Origin: Balanoglossus misakiensis
Taxonomy: Eukaryota > Animalia > Hemichordata
Direction: 5' to 3'
Assembly (NCBI GenBank): GCA_040954595.2
Contig: CM082593.2
Span: 6,146,172-6,210,171 of the forward strand
DNA: 64,000 nucleotides
Shown here: positions 1-13,371 of the stretch, piece by piece
Position numbering within the stretch: position 1 is the stretch's first letter
Layout: each line of letters begins with the position of its first letter
Notes under the pieces: model-generated
The model's input: the letters and a program-made list of their open reading frames with translations, nothing else
Told to the model about the DNA's origin: nothing
The model's database searches: none
Made by a program: the position numbers and the translations under genes

Positions 1-290
1 GCCGAAGGACTGGTTTAGCTTCGAATTAAACGCCGAAGGACGGGTGTAGCTCCGTAATTTAGGCCGAAGGAAAGCGAAGGACGCTCATATCTCCATATTT
101 TAGGGCGAAGGACGTGGTTTTCTCTATGCTGGGGGCCGAAGGACTGGTTTAGTTCGGTAATTAAAGCTTAAGGACGGGTGTAGCTCCGTAATATTGGCCG
201 AAGGAAACCGAAGGACAGTCATATTTCCATTTTTTAGGGCGAAGGAAAAGGAAGGACAGTCATATTTCCATATTTTAGGGCGAAGGACAC
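1..290 (-). repeat. Reverse-orientation arm of the CCTTCG/CGAAGG tandem array (truncated by the window start)
   Basis: 1-~200 is the reverse complement of units in 1514-5136 (e.g. gccgaaggactggtttagcttcgaattaaacgccgaagg vs ccttcggcgtttaattcgaagctaaaccagtccttcggc); it decays near 240-290. Confidence 0.95.
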
Positions 291-382
291 GATTCTCTCA
301 CGATTATCAGAGACTTGGCGTCAGCTAGTACACGTCTGACCAGAGTTACTGATATCAATGTCGAGATCTTAAGTAGAGTGTC

Positions 383-635
383 ATGTTTACACGAAACAAA
401 ACTAAACAAACATACCTCATAGAAATGCTATCACTAATTCTACGTAACAATACTTTTGAATTAAACAACAAATTCTACAAGCAAAGATGCAGTTGTACCG
501 TGGGCTCAAATGCTTCACCGGGAATAGCCGACATTACGTTCCATGAACTGGAAATGAAAAACAACTGACAAAAAACGATCTCAACACAAGATCACACTAT
601 TGATATCCTAATTCCGAGATACAGAGAGATGGATA
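383..635 (+). mobile_element. Degenerate Penelope-like (PLE) reverse-transcriptase fragment
   Basis: ORF 383-568 reads LILRNNTFELNNKFYKQRCSCTVGSNASPGIADITFHELE, matching the PLE RT motif pattern FxFNxxxYxQxxGxxMGSxxSPxxAxxxMxxLE; a stop follows, then an eroded R-Y-x-D-D-like stretch near 615-635. Confidence 0.7.
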
Positions 636-685
636 CTAATGTCCTTCTCCCTAAAATATGGAGAATCACTGTCCTTCGCTTTCCT

Positions 686-1508
686 GAGTTAGGTGCGGAA
701 TTGTGTCTTATCATGCTCTTTTTACGTCCATGGTCTTATTGAAGGGGCATTTCTAAACTACATGTATTGTCTAAGGAAGCTAATTTAGCTAATAATGATA
801 AACACGGCTTTTTTCAAGATAATTATCACTTTCTAAATATCGTTCTAAACTTTCTAAACTAGCAGCAGTTTAGAAAGTTGGACTACTTGGGCGTTTACAA
901 ATGTACGGCGTACACTTTGGAAGTAGGCTTGGAATGAAGAGAGAGACGGGATGGCCAGTACTTCGGTGGGAAGTCAAATGTGATCTTTGTTTTATTTTAA
1001 CAGTATATATAGTCGAAGTTCTAACTCTGACATTTTACAACACCTCATAATGGTAGAACAATGGTGTTAAGACATTGATTAACCTGAGACTTCAGTCGTT
1101 GCACAGAACAATGGTGTCATACAAACGAAGCCCATATCTCAATAAACTGAGAGGAGTTTTGAGATAAGGCTTGATTTGGGCAATAAACGATTCCCAACAT
1201 TCTCCCGTCCGCAAATATTGAAATTGAAATGCACCAATTGAAATCATACATGAAAATTCCGCAAATATTGGAATGGAAATACAGCACTTATATCGTCGGC
1301 AGAAAATTTTAGTCGGGGGGGGGGGGGGCTTTCTAAACTGTGGCTAATTTATAAATTTAGAACGATATTTAGAAAGCGATAATTATCGTAGTGATAATTA
1401 TCCTTAAAACTTAGATAGTTTAGAACTATTTAGCTACAGCTAATTTAGCTTTCTACACTTGTAGCTAAACTTTCTAAAAACGATAAAACACAATTCCGCA
1501 CCTTACTG
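686..1508. mobile_element. Non-autonomous element with long imperfect terminal inverted repeats
   Basis: taggtgcggaattgtgtcttatc (~690-712) pairs with gataaaacacaattccgcacctta (1482-1505); gataattatcactttctaaatatcgttctaaac...cagtttagaaag (818-877) pairs with ~1329-1387. No ORF; TSD not resolved. Confidence 0.75.
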
Positions 1509-1513
1509 GCTTC

Positions 1514-4500
1514 CCTTCGCCCTAAAATATGGAGATATGAGCGTCCTTCGCTTTCCTTCGGCCTAAATTACGGAGCTACATCCGTCCTTCGGCGTTTAAT
1601 TCGAAGCTAAACCAATCCCTTGGCCTCCAGCATACAGAAAACCGTGTCCTTCGCACTAAAATATGGAAAAATCAGTGTCCTTCGGTTTCCTTCGGCCAAA
1701 ATTACGGAGCTACACCCGTCCTTAAGCTTTAATTACCGAACTAAACCAGTCCTTCGGCCCCCAGCATAGAGAAAACCACGTCCTTCGCCCTAAAATATGG
1801 AGATATGAGCGTCCTTCGCTTTCCTTCGGCCTAAATTACGGAGCTACATCCGTCCTTCGGCGTTTAATTCGAAGCTAAACCAATCCCTTGGCCTCCAGCA
1901 TACAGAAAACCGTGTCCTTCGCACTAAAATATGGAAAAATCAGTGTCCTTCGGTTTCCTTCGGCCAAAATTACGGAGCTACACCCGTCCTTAAGCTTTAA
2001 TTACCGAACTAAACCAGTCCTTCGGCCCCCAGCATAGAGAAAACCACGTCCTTCGCCCTAAAATATGGAGATATGAGCGTCCTTCGCTTTCCTTCGGCCT
2101 AAATTACGGAGCTACACCCGTCCTTCGGCGTTTAATTCGAAGCTAAACCAGTCCTTCGGCCACCAGCATACAGAAAACCTCGTCCTTCGGCCGAAAATAG
2201 GGATAAATCAGCGTCCTTCGGTTTCCTTCGCCCTAAATTACTGAGCTACACCTGTCCTTCGGCCACCAGCATACAGAAAACCACGTCCTTCGCACTAAAA
2301 TACGGATAAATCAGCGTCCTTCGGTTTCCTTCGGCAAAAATTACGGAGCTACACCCGTCCTTTGGCTTTAATTACTGAGCTAAACCTGTCCTTCGGCCTC
2401 TAGCATACAGAAAACCGTGTCCTTCGCACTAAAATATGGAAAAATCAGTGTCCTTCGCTTTCCTTCGGCCAAAATTACGGAGCTGAACCCGTCCTGCGGC
2501 TTTAATTACCGAACTAAACCTGTCCTTCGGCCACCAGAATAATTAATTACCGAACTAAACCTATCCTTCGGCCACCAGCATAGAGAAAACCTTTTCCTTC
2601 GCACTTAAATATGGATAAATCAGCGTCCTTCGCTTTCCTTCGGCGTTTAATTCGAAGCTAAACCAGTCCTTCGGCCACCAGCATAGAGAAAACCACGTCC
2701 TTCGCCCTAAAATATGGAGATATGAGCGTCCTTCGCTTTCCTTCGGCCTAAATTACGGAGCTACATCCGTCCTTCGGCGTTTAATTCGAAGCTAAACCAA
2801 TCCCTTGGCCTCCAGCATACAGAAAACCGTGTCCTTCGCACTAAAATATGGAAAAATCAGTGTCCTTCGGTTTCCTTCGGCCAAAATTACGGAGCTACAC
2901 CCGTCCTTAAGCTTTAATTACCGAACTAAACCAGTCCTTCGGCCCCCAGCATAGAGAAAACCACGTCCTTCGCCCTAAAATATGGAGATATGAGCGTCCT
3001 TCGCTTTCCTTCGGCCTAAATTACGGAGCTACATCCGTCCTTCGGCGTTTAATTCGAAGCTAAACCAATCCCTTGGCCTCCAGCATACAGAAAACCGTGT
3101 CCTTCGCACTAAAATATGGAAAAATCAGTGTCCTTCGGTTTCCTTCGGCCAAAATTACGGAGCTACACCCGTCCTTAAGCTTTAATTACCGAACTAAACC
3201 AGTCCTTCGGCCCCCAGCATAGAGAAAACCACGTCCTTCGCCCTAAAATATGGAGATATGAGCGTCCTTCGCTTTCCTTCGGCCTAAATTACGGAGCTAC
3301 ACCCGTCCTTCGGCGTTTAATTCGAAGCTAAACCAGTCCTTCGGCCACCAGCATACAGAAAACCTCGTCCTTCGGCCGAAAATAGGGATAAATCAGCGTC
3401 CTTCGGTTTCCTTCGCCCTAAATTACTGAGCTACACCTGTCCTTCGGCCACCAGCATACAGAAAACCACGTCCTTCGCACTAAAATACGGATAAATCAGC
3501 GTCCTTCGGTTTCCTTCGGCAAAAATTACGGAGCTACACCCGTCCTTTGGCTTTAATTACTGAGCTAAACCTGTCCTTCGGCCTCTAGCATACAGAAAAC
3601 CGTGTCCTTCGCACTAAAATATGGAAAAATCAGTGTCCTTCGCTTTCCTTCGGCCAAAATTACGGAGCTGAACCCGTCCTGCGGCTTTAATTACCGAACT
3701 AAACCTGTCCTTCGGCCACCAGAATAATTAATTACCGAACTAAACCTATCCTTCGGCCACCAGCATAGAGAAAACCTTTTCCTTCGCACTTAAATATGGA
3801 TAAATCAGCGTCCTTCGCTTTCCTTCGGCGTTTAATTCGAAGCTAAACCAGTCCTTCGGCCACCAGCATAGAGAAAACCACGTCCTTCGCCCTAAAATAT
3901 GGAGATATGAGCGTCCTTCGCTTTCCTTCGGCCTAAATTACGGAGCTACATCCGTCCTTCGGCGTTTAATTCGAAGCTAAACCAATCCCTTGGCCTCCAG
4001 CATACAGAAAACCGTGTCCTTCGCACTAAAATATGGAAAAATCAGTGTCCTTCGGTTTCCTTCGGCCAAAATTACGGAGCTACACCCGTCCTTAAGCTTT
4101 AATTACCGAACTAAACCAGTCCTTCGGCCCCCAGCATAGAGAAAACCACGTCCTTCGCCCTAAAATATGGAGATATGAGCGTCCTTCGCTTTCCTTCGGC
4201 CTAAATTACGGAGCTACATCCGTCCTTCGGCGTTTAATTCGAAGCTAAACCAATCCCTTGGCCTCCAGCATACAGAAAACCGTGTCCTTCGCACTAAAAT
4301 ATGGAAAAATCAGTGTCCTTCGGTTTCCTTCGGCCAAAATTACGGAGCTACACCCGTCCTTAAGCTTTAATTACCGAACTAAACCAGTCCTTCGGCCCCC
4401 AGCATAGAGAAAACCACGTCCTTCGCCCTAAAATATGGAGATATGAGCGTCCTTCGCTTTCCTTCGGCCTAAATTACGGAGCTACACCCGTCCTTCGGCG

Positions 4501-5136
4501 TTTAATTCGAAGCTAAACCAGTCCTTCGGCCACCAGCATACAGAAAACCTCGTCCTTCGGCCGGAAATAGGGATAAATCAGCGTCCTTCGGTTTCCTTCG
4601 CCCTAAATTACTGAGCTACACCTGTCCTTCGGCCACCAGCATACAGAAAACCACGTCCTTCGCACTAAAATACGGATAAATCAGCGTCCTTCGGTTTCCT
4701 TCGGCAAAAATTACGGAGCTACACCCGTCCTTTGGCTTTAATTACTGAGCTAAACCTGTCCTTCGGCCTCTAGCATACAGAAAACCGTGTCCTTCGCACT
4801 AAAATATGGAAAAATCAGTGTCCTTCGCTTTCCTTCGGCCAAAATTACGGAGCTGAACCCGTCCTGCGGCTTTAATTACCGAACTAAACCTGTCCTTCGG
4901 CCACCAGAATAATTAATTACCGAACTAAACCTATCCTTCGGCCACCAGCATAGAGAAAACCTTTTCCTTCGCACTTAAATATGGATAAATCAGCGTCCTT
5001 CGCTTTCCTTCGGCGTTTAATTCGAAGCTAAACCAGTCCTTCGGCCACCAGCATAGAGAAAACCTTTTCCTTCGCACTAAAATATGGAAAAAACAGTGTC
5101 CTTCAGTTTCCTTCGGTTTCCTTCGGTTTCCTTCGT
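1514..5136 (+). repeat. Satellite-like tandem array: 134-bp monomers, 268-bp dimers, 1185-bp higher-order repeat x3
   Basis: CCTTCG cores at 1514, 1545, 1555, 1586, ~1617, 1648; dimer starts at 1514, 1782, 2050; the unique marker agaataattaattaccg recurs at 2536, 3721, 4906 (1185 apart). Confidence 0.97.
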
Positions 5137-5211
5137 TTTAGTCTCACCCAACCAAACTCCCATAGCAGATGCCAAACTGATTACACCCACCACACACGGC
5201 CTCGAACTTAC

Positions 5212-8200
5212 CGTAGTGGTATCATTTTGAAGAGGGTCGTATTTATTGGTCTCGTTGTACGCATCCACGGCTAGAGTATACAGACCAATGTCGTCAGTGG
5301 TTAGTTCTTCTTGCAAGGTGATATTCCCAGTGTAACCATCAATGCCAAAATTGCTCGTTTCCAATGTTTCATTGGCTGCCAAAGAAAAGACAAGAGATCA
5401 CTGTAAATATTATGACAGAACTTCATGACCTCTGCGAGCGATCTGTGAAATTATTTTCACGAGTGATGCGGCGTTTTCTGCCGCAGTACATTCACGTCGA
5501 GCGAGTAATGAGAGGCAATACCAAAGTTAAGTAGAAGTGAACCACAGAATATAATCTGCAGTACATATATAATATTCATAAATACACCAGACTCACTGCT
5601 GGAACTTGCACTGTATTTTTCACTGCTAATTTCATAGAATGTGTCTTCTGATACAATTCCATCATACGTTGCCGTGACGACGACGACCTGGGCACCCACG
5701 GTGTGGTTGTATGCGATCGTTTCTTCGTACAGACTGGAGTCGAATAAGAGGCCTTCTTCCACCGGTGGAGGGGTGGAAAAGGACGTTGTCCAGGTGAACG
5801 TGGTTGGCATGGCATCAGTGGCGGGACTTGCAGTCTGTGGCGGCGTTCCAGTGACCGGGCTGCCGCTGAAAGGCGGAGTGCCGGTACCGGTGGCCGGAGA
5901 TCCTGTCTCAGGGCTGCCGCTGACAGGTCGAGTGGCGGTCGCGAGACTCCCTGTTGCGGGAACTTCGGTTACAGTCGATCCTGTCACGGGACTTCCGGTG
6001 CCAGAGACCAGGGTCGATGGAGGCGATTCGCTGTAGAGAGTCGTGGCCATTAGCGGCGTGGTAGGTATCACAGTCGGGGCTGGTGTCACTGTGATGTTGA
6101 CGAAGGTTGTATTCTTCAGACTTACGTCATCCAGATTGTAGGCTTCAACCTCTACATTATAGGATCCAGCCATATCGGTAAGAATCCTGGCACTTACGAC
6201 AACCCCGGTGTATTCTGTGGTAAAACACAATATATAGTATAATGTCTTTGAACTGGATGTGTATGTGTATATACCTACTAGTATCTAGTCATACAAGAGT
6301 GATTCTATGCTGCATGCATGCGTGTGTAGGCAAGTAGTAGGTCAGTGTCTAATATATGTACGGGAGTATGAGCAAAGCGTACCTTCTACGTAGAAGCAGT
6401 TATCGCACCCGTCTTGGTCGATGATGGAGTAGAGGACAACTTCATTGAGGCCAATGTCAGGATCTTCTGTTGCCAAAGTCACAATCTGAAGTAAACAAAG
6501 AGCAAGTTCCCATAATATTGGTCAGCCATGTAATGAACAACGGAATCTACACTGACTTGTACATGCTAAGACCTTCGCCGTAAAGGCTATGAACAAGAAA
6601 TATCCATATGCATGATATGCGACCACAATAAAAATAAATGTGAGCAGCCACTCTCATTTCCAATACATGTACATTAATGCTTTACTTACAGTAACACCAG
6701 CTGCGTCACTCTCAGACAATTCCCCTTGGTATTGAGATTCCGTGAAGCTGGGTGGATTATCATTGACGTCAAGCACTGTTATGGTCGAGACGATGGTAGA
6801 ATTGAGTTGGTAGTCTATACCCATGTCTTCGGCCTGTAAATGAGCAATGTAAAACCATAAAATGCAACCATGGGTATAATTGGTAATTTCATGTTGTCTA
6901 CTGTTTGGGTACTGGTTGGGTGGGTTTGTGGGTGGATCAACTTACCATAATGACCAAGCTGTAAGACGGTATGTTTTCTCTGTCGAGTGCATTCAATACA
7001 AACAGTTCTCCGGTGGTTTGGTTTATGTAGAACTGATCGTCTGTAAAACAAAATAGCATGAAAAAGACAATCATGATGTCAGCACATGGTGGCGACAATG
7101 TTTTATGCAACAGAAAGTCACGTGTATTCACATAATGTTTTGGTATTTGATAGTCTGGGGAGCAGCCGCAGACAAGGTAGGGATCGAACCAGAATAGCCA
7201 CGTGTACAATGACTTACCATCGTCGCCCTCAATTATGTAATATCCGATCTCGCCATTCTGTTCCAAGTCTACATCAGTAGCAGCGATAGTTCCAAGGAAC
7301 GTCATCGTGATCGCATTCTCCATGACTGAAAAGGCGTACGTGGAGGAGTTGAATGCGGGCGAGTTGTCATTATCATCGGTTACAAAAACGGTGACCTGCG
7401 CAGTATGGAAAAAAGACATCAGCTGTCGTGAACACGTAAAGAAGTAAGTATATCGACGAACACCGCAATACACGTAGTTTGTAAGTCTTAGCATGTGATA
7501 GTGTTGATAACAGTTATACACAGGCAAGTGTTTCATAATTTTGCTTTCGTGAGATAAGCGTAAAAGATTCGCCGATTCAGAAGCACACCACGGGAAATCA
7601 AAGAGTTGATCATGTCGACCTGGAGCAAGATATCCTCTGCAACTCAAGCGAACGTAAAGTGATCAATTACCGTCGAATAAGAGTCCGGGTAGGCAGGTGC
7701 GACGTTTGCCCATGCTCTGACTGTAAGATCATAGACGTCTCGATCTTCCCTGTCCAAAGGTACCAGCGTTGTTATGACGCCCTGGTTGGTCGAAAAGTCA
7801 AACATATTCAATTTCAACGGGCGGAACTCAATCCTCATATATACTAGGCAATAACGTATACATTGTTGTCAATCAAAGTTCGCTGAATTTGTCATTAATG
7901 TTGGCAACCTAACTAATACGCATCACTGTAAGAATGTAACCATAGTAACATTACTACTTATAAAGTGTAACTTACTGTGTCAGGATTAATTTCAAACAGA
8001 GCCACGTCACTGGGCAGCAGGCCATAAGAAACGTTCACACCTGGAGTTTCGACTGTAGCATACACTGTTGTGACGTAGGTACCTGCAAACACGCGTGTAC
8101 AAAGCAAAGTTTGTGTATTATGTGGTCAAAACGATCGAATCAGATACCCATGACTGCATGGTTAGGTAAAGAAGTTGCTGTGTTTAAATATACCATCCTT

Positions 8201-11200
8201 GTCTGATTTCTATATAGCTAGAAACGAACCATACTCCCCATGTTATATCAAAGGGGCAATGTTGGCATGTTCCAGAACTGTATCTATGAAAAATAGTTTA
8301 GATTCAATCTCGCGGAGTGATATGTGCAACGCAGCTTACCAAGAGGCTCGTTTTCTCTGACGTCATCCTGGTAATTGGTGTCATTGAACCGTGGGAAGTC
8401 GTAGATGGTGTCGTAGACGATTATGGCGACGTCGACGTATCCGCTGAGCGGCGGATTGCCAAGGTCTGTAGCCACGGCCTCGATGACCATCATGTAGGCG
8501 GTGACGTTGGTTATGTCTAAAGGTTCCAGGATGCCCTCCTCGTACATGAGCGTGCTGAAAATCGAGCAAAGCAAAGTTGATCTGTCCGGATTCAAATTAA
8601 AATGTCAGCAATACCAATATGCAATCTCGGCTTCATGTATACTAAAGTTGCTTAAGGCAGTATACTCAAACGATCAAATTTTAAATTACCGAAAAAGTTA
8701 TATGTAGTACAGATACTATTACTCTGCTAATAATCCTACCTGTCTATAGCTTTTGCTATCTGTACAACACCGCTGCACTCGTCGACGGTGAAATACTCGC
8801 TTCCGTTGCCACGGAGACTGTAAAGCAGGTTGGCATTGGTCCCCTCGTCGCCGTCGGTGGCGTTCACCTGTAGCAGCGACAGGCCCGGCAGACTTCCGTC
8901 GATGGTGGCGGTGGTGTAGTTATGCTGACAAAATAGCGGGTTGACGTCGTTGACGTCCAGTATGTCGATGGTGACGGGAACCGACGCGCTCAGGCCGGTG
9001 TCGTTCTCTGGCGTGTCCGTCGCAACCACTTCAAAGGTGTAGAGGGTTACGTTCTCTCGGTCCAGATTGCCAGCGACGGTGATGGTTCCGTTGTTATCAA
9101 TGGCGAACGGCACGTAGACTGTGGAATAATTTGATCGATAAAGGCGTTTTGAGTGGCAAATGGTTGTAAGAGTGTAGGACAGCTGTATAAATCAACTTGA
9201 CATGTGTTCATTGAAAGTAAAGCATTTCGTTTGTTGAAAATACAATTCATGTAGAAAGTCACAGTTCCTGATTACATTCTGTAAAAGCATATATTTTAAA
9301 TCATTTATAGCATGAGAAAAAACTTAGAATTTTCCGTAGTCTGGTCCCCTGTCCCATATTGCTACCACTGCCTTTCCGTTCTTTACTGCTGGTAGCACGT
9401 GCACACACCATATTTGATCTATGAATTTTAGAATATGATAAGGTTTTTTGAAGTATTTCCAGCTCTGAGAAGACAAGCGCACCTACCGTCACTGGAAATA
9501 TCATAGACCAGTTCGCCTGCCGGGCCGCTGTTGTAGTCGTACGCCGTCACCGTGGTGACGTAGTCGCCTTCTGTCGCGTTTTCGTACACGACGTCACGGT
9601 ATGCTGGTTGAGGGAACTGAGGCGGTACATTGAGGAAATCACCGACGTCGATTGTGATATTGCTGTACGCCTCCTGGTCTGTGTCATATCCAGAATTGTA
9701 GGCCATCACCGTGATGTTGTACGTATAGCGACCGGTGATGTTGAAGTACAGAGAATCGGCGACTGTGATGGTGCCTGCAGATACGTATATAAAATTGTCC
9801 GTTAGTGCCACTTGCATAAAATAAATCTGCGTCTAAAAATGTACAAAAAGTATTGGAATGAAACTCGTTGAACATTGAATCGAGAATACCACTTACCCGT
9901 GTTTCTGTCGATTTCAAATTTGCCGAAGTCCCCGTCTACGAAATAATACTGCACTCGATTATTTCTGTCGTCAACATCGCCGTCGTCGGCTGCTATTTCG
10001 CCAACGTAATTCCCGACGGGTTCCAACTCCGACACTTCGTAATGGTATGTTCCGTCGGGGTCAAAGGTCGGTTCCTCGTCATTCTGATCCAGAACCGTTA
10101 TCGTAAGACTTGCAGTGGTCGAATTTGCGTAATTTTCATAATTGCTGGCCTGAATCTGTACAATACACAACAAAATATCAGAGCTGTTACGTAGTACGTG
10201 TCAATACTAGCAGTATCGCGTTTTTACATTTTCCCCCATAGTTCTATTATATAAAACACGTTTACTCTATATATCCCATTACTACAGCATGTCCACGTCA
10301 TGTTTGGCTTTCTGAGTGACACAGAAAAATTTGCAACTAGCGATAAATTTCATAATTTGATCCTAACCTCAAGGTCGTACGTTCCCACCGCCTCGCTGTC
10401 CAGGTTGCCATTGGTAACGACGCGAGCAAAACCATCCTCCTCCACACTGATGTTGAACTGCTCAGATCCAGCTCCAGACAGAAGCAGGTAGATGTCGCCA
10501 TTGCTTTCAATGTCCGCATCCGAAACAAGAATCTCTGGAATCTGAATCATGTTGAATTAGAATCGGACGGTGTAAACGACAACGCCAATCTCCAGGACCA
10601 TACACTATCGCGTTTGTGGGTATATAGGGTACTGTTGTCGGCCAAACGGGAAAAACCGACTGTGGCTCAATAAAAATGGGGTGGAGCGTCGTGAAAATAG
10701 CAGGATACGCCCTGGGGTTTCTCTGGGGTAACTGCATATACTTACAATCATAACGTAGGCTCCCGCATCTGAATTTTCCCTGATATCACCAGAATACGAA
10801 TCGTGAGCGAACTCGGGGTCGTTGTCGTTGGCGTCCAACACTGTGATGACGACTTCGGTTACGGACTGAAATGAAAATACAATGTCGCTACAGTTTCATC
10901 GTCTCGCTCTTGGGAATGTGAACTGGGTCAAATTAAAAAAAAAACATTTATGGCAACATCTGAATCGCCTGAAGGTCTTACCGTTCTTGGGGCGTAACCT
11001 TCATCCACAGCGTTCACTATCAAGGTGTACGTGTCCTCAGTCTCTCTGTCGATGTCACCTATCTTATATATGGCACCATCCTGAAAGACAACCAAGAAAA
11101 AACATTAATGTGACGGAATACCAGAAGGAAGTCAGGTTAAGATGTTTGACGGACTCGGAACAAAAAAAAATACATGAACGGGCTTGACACATACAGAGGC

Positions 11201-12212
11201 AGGCAGAGAAACCAAGACAGACAGACAGAGACAAACAGACAGAGCAAAATACAGATAGACAGACAGACACACACAGAGAGACAAACAGACAGAGCGAGAG
11301 ACAGAGAGACAGACATACATACATACATGTACATACATACATACATACATACATACATACATACATACATACATACATACATACATACATACATACATAC
11401 ATACATACATACATACATACATACATACATACATACATACATACATACATACATACATACATACATACATACATACATACATACATACATACATACATAC
11501 ATACATACATACATACATACATACATACATACAAAGATAAACAGACAAACAGACATACAGACTGACTGACAGACTTTGAAACTTACCTGGGTAATGTTAA
11601 ACTTATCTCTATCCCCAAAACTGATGCCATAATTTGTGATAAGGGACCCAGTGTCCGGATCTTGGGCATTCACGACTCCGATAAAGGTTCCATCATTTTC
11701 ATCTTCCGAGACACTGAAGCTGTATTTCGTCTCATTGAAAATGGGGTCTCCCAGATTACAAGGGCCCTATTACAAGGGAACAATTGGTAAACTGTCAGTT
11801 ACTGGATGACAAACATCAACTAAATCAAAGACACGTCTCATTTGATCCCAAGTTTCCTTTCGCGGGAAGGCCAATCTTAAAAGGTCGCTGAACTGTCTAT
11901 ATTTCTCACCTCCACTGTTATCCTAACTGTCGCTGTGTCGTTCGTTTTGCTCTGGTCCCCAACATACTCGGTCGGATTGTAGACGACAACTTGCACTTGG
12001 ATGATCTCTCCTGTTAAGTTACCAAGCTGTTCGCTGAGGTACATCTCGCCAGTGTCGCTGTTGATTTGTAGCTTTTCGTAACTATCTCCATCTACAATCT
12101 CGTAAACCACTTTCCCGTTCTGGTCGACGTCTCCATCGGTTGCCTTTGATGTGAATATGATGCGAGTTATCGATCAGTTCATGCAAATATCGCGAAAATG
12201 ACATATGCAGTG

Positions 12213-12285
<73 letters not shown>

Positions 12286-13340
12286 CCACCACCACCACCA
12301 CCACCACCACCACCACCATCATCATCCTCATCAAAAATGTGCCAATACTTTACGGATGCCCGTCTTACCGTAACGTTGACGATGACCTGGTTGCTAGTGT
12401 CGTTTTTGACCGTGGCGTTGTAATCTCGTTTCACCAAAACAGGAAGATTGTCGTTCACATCAAGGACTTCAACTTGAACTTCTGTAAAACCCTGACAATA
12501 AAAAAACACAAACAAGAGTTTTCTAATACTGCGAAACCATCGTAGTGTCGATATTTTGTCACCACCGCCAGTGCCATCAAATAAAGTTCTTTCTCAACAT
12601 TATGCCAGCCTCTGAAAAGCGACACGAACAGCATAAATATCGTGCTCTATTGTGGTTGTCATGGTAATTTCAGTAATGTCGGACGATATACTTACCGTTC
12701 TCGATGGTAGACCGTCGTCCTCTGCGACAACAAACAAAATGTACCTTGGCTGCGTCTCTCGGTCGATTGTCCCAGCTGTTGTAATGGTCCCATTCTGAAA
12801 GATGCAAAACATGAAGTCTTCGTGTTTGTAAGTTTAACCCCCGCACATGTGCCATTCAATTTGAGATTTTCTACTTTACCATTTTAATTGAAATCATAAA
12901 TATTATCGAAAATGTACATGCAATTGAATTAAATTGAGATAACATTTCACCATGTCAAAGCTATCGGACTAGAATTCAGTGAAATCTGGTCAGACCACGG
13001 TTTCCACAGCATTTCTCTGAATGTTTCTTTCTTTCTTTCCACAGGCGTCCCTTCACCCAATCTATCATTATCGACTTTGTTAGTTTCTTATTGGTGTAGT
13101 TAAAGTGGTATCTCTACCTCTGAGATATGAAACCGCCCCTCTTCATTTCCATAAAGAATCGCGTAACTGGTGACCTCTCCATCCGCGTCCTCTGCAAACA
13201 CTTGTCCGACGACTTCACCGATGCTTCCTCCTGGATAGTCGTTCTCCACGGTTGACATGCGATAGCTGGTTTCGTTGAATACAGGATTATACATATTGCT
13301 GTCATTCAAGGCCTGCAACATACAATTGGCCATTATTCGA

Positions 13341-13371
<31 letters not shown>

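Noticed and set aside
1514-5136. CRISPR-like appearance (constant motif with intervening segments)
   Set aside because: The constant core is only ~7-9 bp, the intervening segments themselves repeat periodically, no cas genes are present, and the context is a eukaryotic intron.
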